From positions 39,476 to 103,475 of the forward strand of contig JAKFCT010000059.1 of NCBI GenBank assembly GCA_036676495.1: 64,000 nucleotides of DNA, given 5' to 3'. This document shows positions 9,298-17,582 of the stretch, in pieces (positions within the stretch are counted from its first letter, which is position 1; the number at the start of each line of letters is the position of its first letter). The notes beneath the pieces were generated by a model. That model saw only the letters and a list, made by a program, of their open reading frames with translations, was not told the origin of the DNA and did not search any database. The position numbers and the translations under genes were made by a program. Source of the DNA: Candidatus Sericytochromatia bacterium. GTDB lineage: Bacteria; Cyanobacteriota; Sericytochromatia; S15B-MN24; UBA4093.

Positions 9298-9471
9298 GTG
9301 ACGCATCCCCCGCTATGCCCCACCTGCCGTGAGACGATGAAGCAGGTGACCCCCTTTGGTTATTTCTGCCTCTCGTGCATGACCACCCTGACCCTGCTGG
9401 ACGAGGGGTGGGTGCATATCCTGACACCGGATTTCCGGGAGAAACGGGTACGCGAGGAGAGCTTGTCCTGA
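9298..9471 (+). CDS. 57-aa zinc-ribbon microprotein (absent from ORF track)
   Basis: GTG start; MTHPPLCPTCRETMKQVTPFGYFCLSCMTTLTLLDEGWVHILTPDFREKRVREESLS; TATAAT at 9256-9261. Confidence 0.6.
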   Translation: MTHPPLCPTCRETMKQVTPFGYFCLSCMTTLTLLDEGWVHILTPDFREKRVREESLS

Positions 9472-9512
9472 GCTCTCCTCGCGCGTCGTTGAGGGGGGAT
9501 TGCTGAGTCGCG

Positions 9513-9935
9513 TTAGAGCTTCAGGTCGTTGAGAACTGAATCCCGGCTCACCCAGAGTTGCTTGACGCTCGGGGAAACCGAGTGCAGCAGCGTGACGACG
9601 GCGGGGTCTGCCAGGGCCTCATCGAGCACGACGAAGGTGGCTTGCAGGGCGCGACGGGCGTCCGCGAGTCCGGTGGCCGCCTTGACGCGCTCGATCAGGG
9701 TAGCGGCGTCAGGGCGCGGGAAGGCGAAGTCCACCGCGAGGGGATCGTTGATGGCGGGGCCCCAGAGCTCTTGCAGGACCTTGGGGAGCTGCTGGCGGAC
9801 GTAATTGGCTTCTCCGGGGGCCACCATGGCGCGCAACTCGGAGAGGACGCTGGCGGTGAGCTTGCGAAGCGCGGCTTCGTCCGAGATCCCGGAAATGGTG
9901 GCGAGACGGGTGAAAAAGATGTGAGGGGTCTCCAC
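9513..9935 (-). CDS. DUF2267-like protein
   Basis: RBS AAAGGAG then GTG 9935; SVLSELRAMVAPGEANYVRQQLPKVLQELW duplicated helical pattern. Confidence 0.7.
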   Translation of the reverse strand: METPHIFFTRLATISGISDEAALRKLTASVLSELRAMVAPGEANYVRQQLPKVLQELWGPAINDPLAVDFAFPRPDAATLIERVKAATGLADARRALQATFVVLDEALADPAVVTLLHSVSPSVKQLWVSRDSVLNDLKL

Positions 9936-9945
9936 GGGGGCTCCT

Positions 9946-10380
9946 TTACGCATTGAAGGCGATGTTCGAGTCGGTGAGGGTGGCGCTCTTCGGGCCGGCT
10001 GAGGTGTGCTCGGTGACGGTCCAGCTGTTGCCGATCTTGGAGAGCTTGAGGTACGAGCTATCCTTGTCGCCGTAGGTGATGGGTTCGTTGCTGGACCATC
10101 GGCCGTTGCCGTCCTCGTCCTCGAAGGCGGCGACGAAGAGGTTGGCTTCGGTGTCGGGCAGCTTGTACGAGAACTTGCCGTTGGTGACGTTCACGACCGT
10201 GGCCTGGGTGAAGTCGATGGGAACGCTGGAGGTCACGGCAATCTTGGTCTTGGCGGAGACCCGGCCGGAAACTTCGCCTTGGAGCGTTTCCCCCCCGATG
10301 AGGTTCGTGGGAAGGGTGTCACAGGCCGTGATCGCGATAGCGAGCGACGCGAAGGTCAAGGATCGAACGAGTCGAGACAC
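9946..10380 (-). CDS. Lipoprotein of unknown function
   Basis: Lipobox ITAC; AFEDEDGNGRW Ca-binding-like loop. Confidence 0.75.
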   Translation of the reverse strand: MSRLVRSLTFASLAIAITACDTLPTNLIGGETLQGEVSGRVSAKTKIAVTSSVPIDFTQATVVNVTNGKFSYKLPDTEANLFVAAFEDEDGNGRWSSNEPITYGDKDSSYLKLSKIGNSWTVTEHTSAGPKSATLTDSNIAFNA

Positions 10381-10522
10381 GGAGTCCTCCTTCTGAGATC
10401 GTCGGCGTCAACGGGAGAGGCGGCCGAGGGTCGAGCAGGGTGCCGATAGACGCGCGCTGTGCGATTCTACCACGTATCGCGTCGGGCTAACGCCTGGTTG
10501 GGCCTTGTGGTAGGATGAAGGG

Positions 10523-11002
10523 GTGATCAGTGAGCTTGAGACCAAAGGCCATATGCGTTTCCGCTTCGGGAGGCGCGATCAGCTCGTCCTTTACAAGCAG
10601 AAGGGCGAGTCGCTGTCGCATGTCTACCTCAAGGCGGCGGCCTATGCGCTCTTTTTCCGGGACGTCGAGGGCCTTGCGGTCGATCCGAAGCTGCGCTTCA
10701 AGTACCCGGCGGATCTCGCCGCGGTGGAAGCCACGGGGGATCCGCGTTTCTGGGTGATCGTGGAGGACACGTCCTTGCCGCGCCTGGAGTGGACCTTGCG
10801 GCATGTGCCGGCCTCCGAGGTGGTCCTGGTGACCGAGGGGGGAGACCTCGACCGTTTGGTGGCTCAGATCCGACGGGGGATTCACTACCGCTACACCCAT
10901 AAGCGGCTGGTGCTCTACCACTTCGTGAAACCGGTGGAGGACTGGCTCGATCCCGAGGGCGTCGAGGTTCCGGACGGATCGTACGACGTCTTCCATTTCT
11001 GA
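10523..11002 (+). CDS. Hypothetical protein, YaeQ-like (restriction-endonuclease-like fold)
   Basis: GESLSHVYLKAAAYALF...YPADL...FWV pattern; terminator follows. Confidence 0.6.
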   Translation: MISELETKGHMRFRFGRRDQLVLYKQKGESLSHVYLKAAAYALFFRDVEGLAVDPKLRFKYPADLAAVEATGDPRFWVIVEDTSLPRLEWTLRHVPASEVVLVTEGGDLDRLVAQIRRGIHYRYTHKRLVLYHFVKPVEDWLDPEGVEVPDGSYDVFHF

Positions 11003-11015
11003 TCGTCCTCTCCGG

Positions 11016-11043
11016 ATCCGCCAAGGAAACCTTGGCGGATTTC
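11016..11043 (+). terminator. Intrinsic terminator
   Basis: ATCCGCCAAGG-AAA-CCTTGGCGGAT-TT. Confidence 0.7.
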
Positions 11044-11136
11044 ATCATGACGTAAGCTCGCTTTAAGGTCATCATGGCGGTCAACGGAGGGTCACCGGAA
11101 GGCCGGGCACCCGACCGTTCAGAGAGGAGAGCGCCA

Positions 11137-11259
11137 ATGACCCCGAAGTTTGATCCCATGGGCAGAGACGGCGTGAGGGAGATGCCGACCGGGCGTCCAA
11201 CCGAGCCGGACCCGCGGGAGGCCCCGCGCCCCGATCCCAAGAAGCGCCCCACGCGCTAG
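11137..11259 (+). CDS. 40-aa Pro/Arg-rich small protein
   Basis: RBS AGAGGAG, ATG 11137, own terminator at 11265-11290. Confidence 0.5.
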   Translation: MTPKFDPMGRDGVREMPTGRPTEPDPREAPRPDPKKRPTR

Positions 11260-11373
11260 CCCCGAGGAGCCGGTTCCGACCGGCTCCTTTAACGTTGTCT
11301 TGATACGGCTTTCATGCGGAATCAATCTGCGCTTGCGACCATGGGGCCATCCCCCGGAACGAGAGGAGGCCGC

Positions 11374-11670
11374 ATGTCGGAAGTACTGTCCACGGAAATC
11401 TTCGCGCGTGAGCTCTTGGCCCTGTCGAACCTTTGCCAGCAGGGCATGAGCCTGCTGATGATCCAGATCTCCCCGGTGGCCGCCGCGGCGGGCTGCCCCG
11501 TTCCCGACCTCGACTTGCCGCGCGACTGCGTGCTCGTGGCCGTGATTCGGGACGAGCAGGTCCTCTACCCGCGCGGTGACACGACCCTGCAGCCCTGGGA
11601 TCGGGTCTTCGCGGTGGTCGACCGCTCCTCGGAGGACGGCCTGAGAGAAGCCCTCACGAAGCTTCCCTAG
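11374..11670 (+). CDS. Stand-alone TrkA-C (RCK C-terminal) domain protein
   Basis: RBS AGGAGG; DLDLPRDCVLVAVIRDEQVLYPRGDTTLQPWDRV. Confidence 0.85.
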   Translation: MSEVLSTEIFARELLALSNLCQQGMSLLMIQISPVAAAAGCPVPDLDLPRDCVLVAVIRDEQVLYPRGDTTLQPWDRVFAVVDRSSEDGLREALTKLP

Positions 11671-11729
11671 AGCGATCGTCGTTGCTGCAGGACAGCTACG
11701 CTGCCTTTCGCAACAGCCGCGGGCGCTAG
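11668..11729 (+). repeat. Dispersed structured intergenic repeat, copy 2
   Basis: TAGAGCGATCGTCGTTGCTGCAGGACAGCTACGCTGCCTTTCGCAACAGCCGCGGGCGCTAG; first TAG is the TrkA-C stop codon. Confidence 0.8.
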
Positions 11730-11813
11730 CTTTCCGGCGCCGCGGGCGGCAGCCCCTTGCCAACCCTCGCCCACTCTTTCATACTATGTAACGATTTGTG
11801 AAAGGAGCGAGGC

Positions 11814-13043
11814 GTGCGCCGAGTCGACGTGGCGATCATCGGGGCCGGACCTGCAGGTTCCGCCGCCGCTCACTACCTGAGCGGGCGCGGCTTGCAGGTC
11901 CTGCTGCTCGATCGGGCCGTCTTCCCTCGTGACAAGGTCTGCGGGGAGGCTATCAGCCCCGGGGCCTTGCCCTTCCTGGAGGCCTTCGGGGTCTTGGCGG
12001 AAGTCCGCCGCCATGGAGCCTTCCCCTACCGCGGCGCCCGCCTCTCGACGCCCGAGGGCCTCACGGCCGATGCCGCCTATCCGTCCGCGCACGTCGGCCT
12101 CGCCATCCCCCGCGAATCCCTGGACTGGCTGCTGCTACAAGGGGTCTCCGCGCGCGTGGAGGCCCGTCAGGGGGTCAATGTCGAGGCGGTCTCCCCTGCC
12201 ACTGACGCCGGCCATCTGCTCACGCTCAAGGCCGACGGCCAGCAGGAATCCCTCTGGGCCCGGGCGGTAATCTCCGCGGAAGGCCGCTTCGCCCGCGTCT
12301 TGACCGAGAGCGCCCGCGAGGCGGGTCCCCCGAATCGTTTCGCGGTCGTGGCGACCCTCGACGGAGTCCTCGGGCTCGGTGACTGGCTGGAGTTTCACTT
12401 GATCGCGCCCGCGATGCAGGTCGTGATCGCCCCCCAAGGTCCGGACCGGGCGGCGATCGCCGTCGTGCTCGACGGCCCCGACGCCAGCCGCCGCGCCCCC
12501 GAAGCCATCAAGGACTTCTTGGGCGTGTTGCGGCGCGATCCCCTCCTCGTCTCGCGCATCCAGGACGCCCGCCTCCTCAAGCCCCCCCGCGGCATGGGCC
12601 TCGGCAAGTACCAGCCCCGCCGACTCGTCGGAGACGGCTGGCTCGCGGTGGGAGACGCCGTCGGCTACATGGACCCCATCACCGGCGAGGGCATGTACCG
12701 TGCGTTCCGGACCGCTCAGCTCGCCACGGAGACCCTGCTCGCGGCCTTCGCGTACGGAGACCTCCGCGCCTCCCGGCTCATGCCCTATGCCCAGGCCGTG
12801 CGGGCCGAGTTCAGTCCTAGTTATCGCTTCGTCGATACGGTCGTGGCGCTCAGCCGCCGTCCGCGCCTCGCCCGTTTCGCCCTCCGTGCCATCGCCCGAG
12901 ACCCCATCCTCGCGGCGCGCATGGGCTCCTATCAAGGGGCCCTCGCCCCCGCCAGCGGCTTCTACTCCCTCGGCACCCTCGCACGCTTCGCGTGGGCCGG
13001 CCTTCACTCCCCGCGCCCGGAACGGGCCCCCCGAAGTACCTAG
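11814..13043 (+). CDS. FAD-dependent oxidoreductase (geranylgeranyl-reductase-like family)
   Basis: IIGAGPAGS, FPRDKVCGE, VGDAVGYMDPITGEGM. Confidence 0.88.
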   Translation: MRRVDVAIIGAGPAGSAAAHYLSGRGLQVLLLDRAVFPRDKVCGEAISPGALPFLEAFGVLAEVRRHGAFPYRGARLSTPEGLTADAAYPSAHVGLAIPRESLDWLLLQGVSARVEARQGVNVEAVSPATDAGHLLTLKADGQQESLWARAVISAEGRFARVLTESAREAGPPNRFAVVATLDGVLGLGDWLEFHLIAPAMQVVIAPQGPDRAAIAVVLDGPDASRRAPEAIKDFLGVLRRDPLLVSRIQDARLLKPPRGMGLGKYQPRRLVGDGWLAVGDAVGYMDPITGEGMYRAFRTAQLATETLLAAFAYGDLRASRLMPYAQAVRAEFSPSYRFVDTVVALSRRPRLARFALRAIARDPILAARMGSYQGALAPASGFYSLGTLARFAWAGLHSPRPERAPRST

Positions 13044-13114
13044 CGCCCCCTTCCCGCAGGACGGATCTTGGCCGGCGTCGGTCACTTTCCCCCCACGCTA
13101 GAACGGAGAACGCC

Positions 13115-14158
13115 ATGCCGCAAATCACAGCCCTCTCGACTGCCGTTCCCTCGAACCGTTACGAGCAGATGAGCTCCTATCGCGAGTTCCTCGCCCCGTT
13201 CATGAGTGAGAATCCCCGGGCCGAGCGGATCTTCGCCGGCTCGGCGATCGCCTACCGCCACGCCGTCATCGACCCCGCCACCTTCTTCGAACGCCGCCTC
13301 TCCACCCGAGAACGCAACGACCTCTATGTCCGGCACGCCAACGATCTCGGCGAGCAGGCCCTCCGCCGCTGCCTCGAAAAAGCCGGGCGAGACCCGCACG
13401 AGATCGATTACCTCGTGGTCATCTCCTGCACCGGCTTCGAGATCCCCGGCCTCGACCTCACCCTCGCCAAGCGCGTCGGCCTCCGCCCCGATGTCCGCCG
13501 CACCTGTATCCTGGGCATGGGCTGCTATGCCGCTTTCCCGGGCCTCAACCGCGCCCGGGAAGCCGTCCTCGCCTTCCCGGACGCCAAGGTCCTGGTGCTG
13601 GCCATCGAACTCTGTTCCTTGCACTTCCAGACGGATGCTACCGACGAGATCGTGGTGAGCAACGCGCTCTTCGCCGACGGCGCCGCCGCCCTCCTGCTCG
13701 AAGGACGGTCGGATCGCCCGTCCATGCGGATCGTGGATACCCTCACCCTCACGAACTACGACACGCTCGAACACATGGCCTTTCACGTCACGGATCATGG
13801 CTACCGCATGGTGCTTTCCTCCTACGTCCCCCAGATCCTGGGCCTGGCCGTCGAGACCTTCGCCGATCAATTGCTTGAAAGGAACGGCCTCACCCGCGAG
13901 CAGGTCGATTTCTGGGCCATTCATCCCGGAGGCAAGAAGATCCTGGATCACTTGCAAGAGCGCTTGGGCTTGGAGGACGCGGATATGCGGTTCTCTCGGG
14001 AGGTGATGCGCGACTACGGTAACATGTCGAGCCCGACCGTGCTCTTCGTCCTGGACGCCATCAACCGATCCGGCGCGCCCAAGGCCGGGGATCACGGCGT
14101 GATGATGGCCTTCGGTCCCGGCCTCACCATGGAGTCTTGCCTCGTCCGCTGGGAATAA
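13115..14158 (+). CDS. Type III polyketide synthase (chalcone/stilbene synthase family)
   Basis: Catalytic triad GMGCYA, IHPGG, GNMSS; ELCSLHF, ALFADG, FGPGLT. Confidence 0.95.
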   Translation: MPQITALSTAVPSNRYEQMSSYREFLAPFMSENPRAERIFAGSAIAYRHAVIDPATFFERRLSTRERNDLYVRHANDLGEQALRRCLEKAGRDPHEIDYLVVISCTGFEIPGLDLTLAKRVGLRPDVRRTCILGMGCYAAFPGLNRAREAVLAFPDAKVLVLAIELCSLHFQTDATDEIVVSNALFADGAAALLLEGRSDRPSMRIVDTLTLTNYDTLEHMAFHVTDHGYRMVLSSYVPQILGLAVETFADQLLERNGLTREQVDFWAIHPGGKKILDHLQERLGLEDADMRFSREVMRDYGNMSSPTVLFVLDAINRSGAPKAGDHGVMMAFGPGLTMESCLVRWE

Positions 14159-14190
14159 TCACCATGGACCCCGAGGGGAAGGAGGAAGTG

Positions 14191-14763
14191 ATGGTGGAGG
14201 CGCTGCGCCGGCATCTGGCCGAGCGAATCGGTATTCGGATGGATCGGCCGGGACTGGTTCCCAGCGCCGTGCTGGTTCCCATCTTGCTGGGAGCCGGAGG
14301 CCTCTCCGTGCTCTACACCAAACGGAGCGAGGCCCTCAACCACCACCGCGGCCAGATCTCCTTCCCCGGGGGGAAATGGTCCCCGGAGGACCCGACCCTC
14401 CTCGAAACGGCCCTCAGGGAGGCGGAAGAGGAGGTCGGGATCGATCCCCGCGACATCGAGGTGCTCGGTGAGCTCGACGAGGTCTGGACCCCGACCGGCT
14501 TCACCATCCGTCCCTACGTGGGCCTGATCCGCGCGCCGTACCCTTTCCGCGTCAATCCCGACGAGATCGACCGCCTGATCGAAGTCCCCTGGTCCCGCAT
14601 CCCGGAAGCCGATGCCTTCGGCTGCGAGGTCAAGATGGTGAACGGCGAGCCCCTCGAGATTTGCCACTTCCACGTCAACAACGACCTCATCTGGGGAGCG
14701 ACCGCCCGGATCACCCGCAACCTGATGGCCCTCGTCGCCCGGGTCAGCGAAGAGATCGCCTAA
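14191..14763 (+). CDS. CoA pyrophosphatase-type Nudix hydrolase
   Basis: SAVLVP, TKRSEALNHHRGQISFPGG, ALREAEEEVG, IWGATARI. Confidence 0.9.
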   Translation: MVEALRRHLAERIGIRMDRPGLVPSAVLVPILLGAGGLSVLYTKRSEALNHHRGQISFPGGKWSPEDPTLLETALREAEEEVGIDPRDIEVLGELDEVWTPTGFTIRPYVGLIRAPYPFRVNPDEIDRLIEVPWSRIPEADAFGCEVKMVNGEPLEICHFHVNNDLIWGATARITRNLMALVARVSEEIA

Positions 14764-14780
14764 CGCCTGCCCTAACCGAC

Positions 14781-15584
14781 TCAGGAGCCCGTGCCCTGGT
14801 AGTGGTTGACCCCACGCTTCCAGACGAGGTACGCCAGCCAGAACCACAACAATCCGACCAAAGGCGTCAAAAGCCCGAGCTGCTGGGCTGGGAGCAAGGA
14901 GCCGTCCGCTTTTCCGAGCAGGGTGGTGGCGGGGTAGTAGTTGGTGAAAGCCACCGGCAGGACAATCGTCAGGGCCAGCTGAACGCCCCGGCCGTAGATG
15001 CTCACGGGGTAGCGCACCAGCTCGTTCTGGATCTGCTGGACCGTCCAAGTCAGCCCGGAGACCTTGATCACCCAGAACGAGGCGCTCGCGACCAGCAGGG
15101 AGACCGCCGCCTGGATCAGGCCCGCCCCGATGACCACGGCGGCCAAGAAGAGGACCAGCGGCACGCTCCAGGTGATGGACACCATTCCGATCGCCTGCGA
15201 GAAGACCAGCAAGCCCACGATCATGTCGTTGAGCGAGGTGAAGGATCCCTGGAGCAGGATCTGGAAGAGCGGGTTGATGGGCCGGATCAGGTAGCGGTCG
15301 AAGTTTCCTTGGCGCACCGCGTAGGGGATCCGCAGGAGCGGAAAGAAAAAGGTCGTATAGACGCCCCGGGCGAGCAGCCCCAGGGAGTACAGGAAGATCA
15401 TCTCCTGGAAGTCCCAGCCGTTGAGCGACGGGAAGCGGCTCAACAGGGCCCAGATGATGCCGATCGAGACGGCATGGAAGGCCACGGTATTGCCAAACCA
15501 GAGCAGGAAGCTGGTCCGGTACTCCATGCGGCTCTTGAGGTTCGCCACCCAGAACGTGCCGTAGATCCGCAGCAGCTCCGACAC
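14781..15584 (-). CDS. ABC-2 type transporter permease (DUF990-like)
   Basis: MEYRTSF, GNFDRYLIRPINPL, YPVSIY, YQGTGS C-terminus. Confidence 0.88.
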   Translation of the reverse strand: MSELLRIYGTFWVANLKSRMEYRTSFLLWFGNTVAFHAVSIGIIWALLSRFPSLNGWDFQEMIFLYSLGLLARGVYTTFFFPLLRIPYAVRQGNFDRYLIRPINPLFQILLQGSFTSLNDMIVGLLVFSQAIGMVSITWSVPLVLFLAAVVIGAGLIQAAVSLLVASASFWVIKVSGLTWTVQQIQNELVRYPVSIYGRGVQLALTIVLPVAFTNYYPATTLLGKADGSLLPAQQLGLLTPLVGLLWFWLAYLVWKRGVNHYQGTGS

Positions 15585-15606
15585 GCGCCAGGGGCGCCAG
15601 GACGTG

Positions 15607-16428
15607 CTAGCCACCTTGCACGACCACCTTTCGGACGCCGCGCGTCCACATCACGGCGCAGACGCAGCCCAGCGCCAGGACCCAGAACGCCTGCAAGCCA
15701 AGGAAAGCCCAGGCGGAGGGGCCTTGGAGCTTGCCGACGTAGATGGAAAGAGGAGTGCTGTAGATGGCCTGGAAGGGGAGGGCGAGGGCGATCGCCTGGA
15801 ACGCACCCGGGAAGAACCAGACGGGCACGACGGCTCCCGACAGCGCCATCGACACCCAGCGCAGGATCATCTGGATGCCGAAGGTCTCGAGGATCCAGAA
15901 GGCCGTGAGGTTCAGCATGAGGGTCATGCAGAAGTTGACGGCGATCCCCAGCATGGCGCTCGCGACGAAGAGGAGGGCCGCCTCGGGCGAGGGCGGCGCG
16001 ACCAGGTGGATCAGCGGCGCGAGCAAGAGGAGGGCGGGCACGACTTGCAGCAGCCCGAAGCCCATGGCTCCCAGCCCGTCGGCGATCACCGTGAGCGGGT
16101 AGCGCACGGGGCGGAACAAGTCGACCGCGATGTCGCCGTCCCGGATCTTGTCCTCGACCTGATCCGCGGATTCCGCGGCGGCGTTGACCACCAGCCCGTA
16201 GAGGAGGGAAACGGCCGAATAGGTCACGATCAGCGGCAGGGTGAAGCCTTCGGGGGCCGCGTCGCTGCCCCGGGACTGGTAGAGCGCCGTCCAGAGCGCA
16301 TAGAGCAGATACAGCCGGGCGGCGACTCCGAGCAGGCTGGTGAGCACGTCGACCCGGTAAGTGGTTTCGCGACGGAAGGCGAGCCGGGTGAAGGCCCGAT
16401 ACGCCTCGAACCCCGCCCGCACCCTCAT
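15607..16428 (-). CDS. ABC-2 type transporter permease
   Basis: IRDGDIAVDLFRP, LSGAVVP, LPFQAIYSTP, VVQGG C-terminus. Confidence 0.88.
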   Translation of the reverse strand: MRVRAGFEAYRAFTRLAFRRETTYRVDVLTSLLGVAARLYLLYALWTALYQSRGSDAAPEGFTLPLIVTYSAVSLLYGLVVNAAAESADQVEDKIRDGDIAVDLFRPVRYPLTVIADGLGAMGFGLLQVVPALLLLAPLIHLVAPPSPEAALLFVASAMLGIAVNFCMTLMLNLTAFWILETFGIQMILRWVSMALSGAVVPVWFFPGAFQAIALALPFQAIYSTPLSIYVGKLQGPSAWAFLGLQAFWVLALGCVCAVMWTRGVRKVVVQGG

Positions 16429-17411
16429 GGCGTGAGGCCCTTCTGGTAGATGGAGCGGATGATGTCCTCCAGGGGGGCTTCCTCGATGGTGAGGTCGACC
16501 ACCGGATAGCTCGCGCTCAGGCGGCCGACGAGCTCTTGGGAGGAGATGCGGTTCCGGTCGAAGCGCAGGGTGGCGATCGCCCCTTCGCGCATGACGACCT
16601 CGGTGTCCGGCAGGTCGAGCGCTCCGGGAGGCTCCGCGAAGACCACGGTCATGAGGCGCTCACGCCCCGACAGGTCCTTGAGCTTCGATACGGTGCCGTC
16701 GTAAAGCAGTTGCCCCTTGTCGATCAGGATCATGCGGCGGCAGAGCCGCTCGATGTCCTGCATGTCGTGGGTGGTGAGGATGACCGTCACCTGGCGCTCC
16801 CGGTTGATGAGCTGGATGAACTCGCGGATGCGCTCCTTGGCGACGACGTCCAGGCCGATGGTCGGCTCGTCGAGGAAGAGGATCGGCGGATCGTGCATCA
16901 GAGCGGCCGCGAGGTCTCCGCGCATGCGCTGGCCGAGCGAGAGCTGCCTGACGGGCGTCATCAGGAACTCCGAGAGGCCCAGCACCTCGTCGAAGCGCGC
17001 TAGGTTGGTCTGGTACTGGGCGTCGTCCACCCGGTAGATATGCTTGAGGAGCTCGAAGGAGTTGATCAGGGGCAGGTCCCACCAGAGCTGGGTGCGCTGG
17101 CCGAAGACCACGCCGATCTGGTGGGCGTTGCGCTCGCGATCCTTCCATGGCACCAGCCCTCCGACGCGCACCTCCCCGGAGGTGGGGGTGAGGATGCCGG
17201 TGAGCATCTTGATGGTGGTGGACTTGCCGGCGCCGTTGGGTCCGACGTAGCCGACCAGCTCTCCGGGCTCGAGCGTGAAGGAGACGTCGCGAACGGCGAC
17301 CTTCTCTTCGTGCTCGGTGCTGAAGAGGGTCCTGACGGCTCCCCAGCGGCCTTCATAGCGCTTGGGAACCGTGAAGGTCTTGGTGAGGTTCTCGGCGACG
17401 ATCTGGGGCAT
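16425..17411 (-). CDS. ABC transporter ATP-binding protein
   Basis: GPNGAGKST, LSLGQRMR, FLDEPTIGLD, TTHD. Confidence 0.95.
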   Translation of the reverse strand: MPQIVAENLTKTFTVPKRYEGRWGAVRTLFSTEHEEKVAVRDVSFTLEPGELVGYVGPNGAGKSTTIKMLTGILTPTSGEVRVGGLVPWKDRERNAHQIGVVFGQRTQLWWDLPLINSFELLKHIYRVDDAQYQTNLARFDEVLGLSEFLMTPVRQLSLGQRMRGDLAAALMHDPPILFLDEPTIGLDVVAKERIREFIQLINRERQVTVILTTHDMQDIERLCRRMILIDKGQLLYDGTVSKLKDLSGRERLMTVVFAEPPGALDLPDTEVVMREGAIATLRFDRNRISSQELVGRLSASYPVVDLTIEEAPLEDIIRSIYQKGLTP

Positions 17412-17429
17412 ACCCACCAGTATACCCCG

Positions 17430-17536
17430 CTAGCGCCCGCGGCTGTTGCGTATGGCAGCGAGCGTTAGCCGTGAAAGGCATGAACAGGGGCTTAACCTCA
17501 AAGCTCGCTGACCTGTAGCAACGAAGATCGCTCTAG
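17430..17536 (-). repeat. Dispersed structured intergenic repeat, copy 3 (expanded apical loop)
   Basis: Minus strand CTAGAGCGATCTTCGTTGCTACAGGTCAGCGAGC-[39 nt]-GCTCGCTGCCATACGCAACAGCCGCGGGCGCTAG. Confidence 0.75.
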
Positions 17537-17582
17537 AAGAAGCGCCCGCCGTGCAAGCAGCACTGCGGGCGTCGGTCGTGGC

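Noticed and set aside
8464-9306. 281-aa N-terminal extension of the helicase ORF (920 aa in the track)
   Set aside because: Overlaps yaaR on the other strand and the tandem repeat; helicase motifs begin just after ATG 8463
13040-13101. Possible fourth copy of the TAG-bounded repeat (CTAGCGCCC...CGCTAG)
   Set aside because: Only the first 9 bp match; the interior does not align
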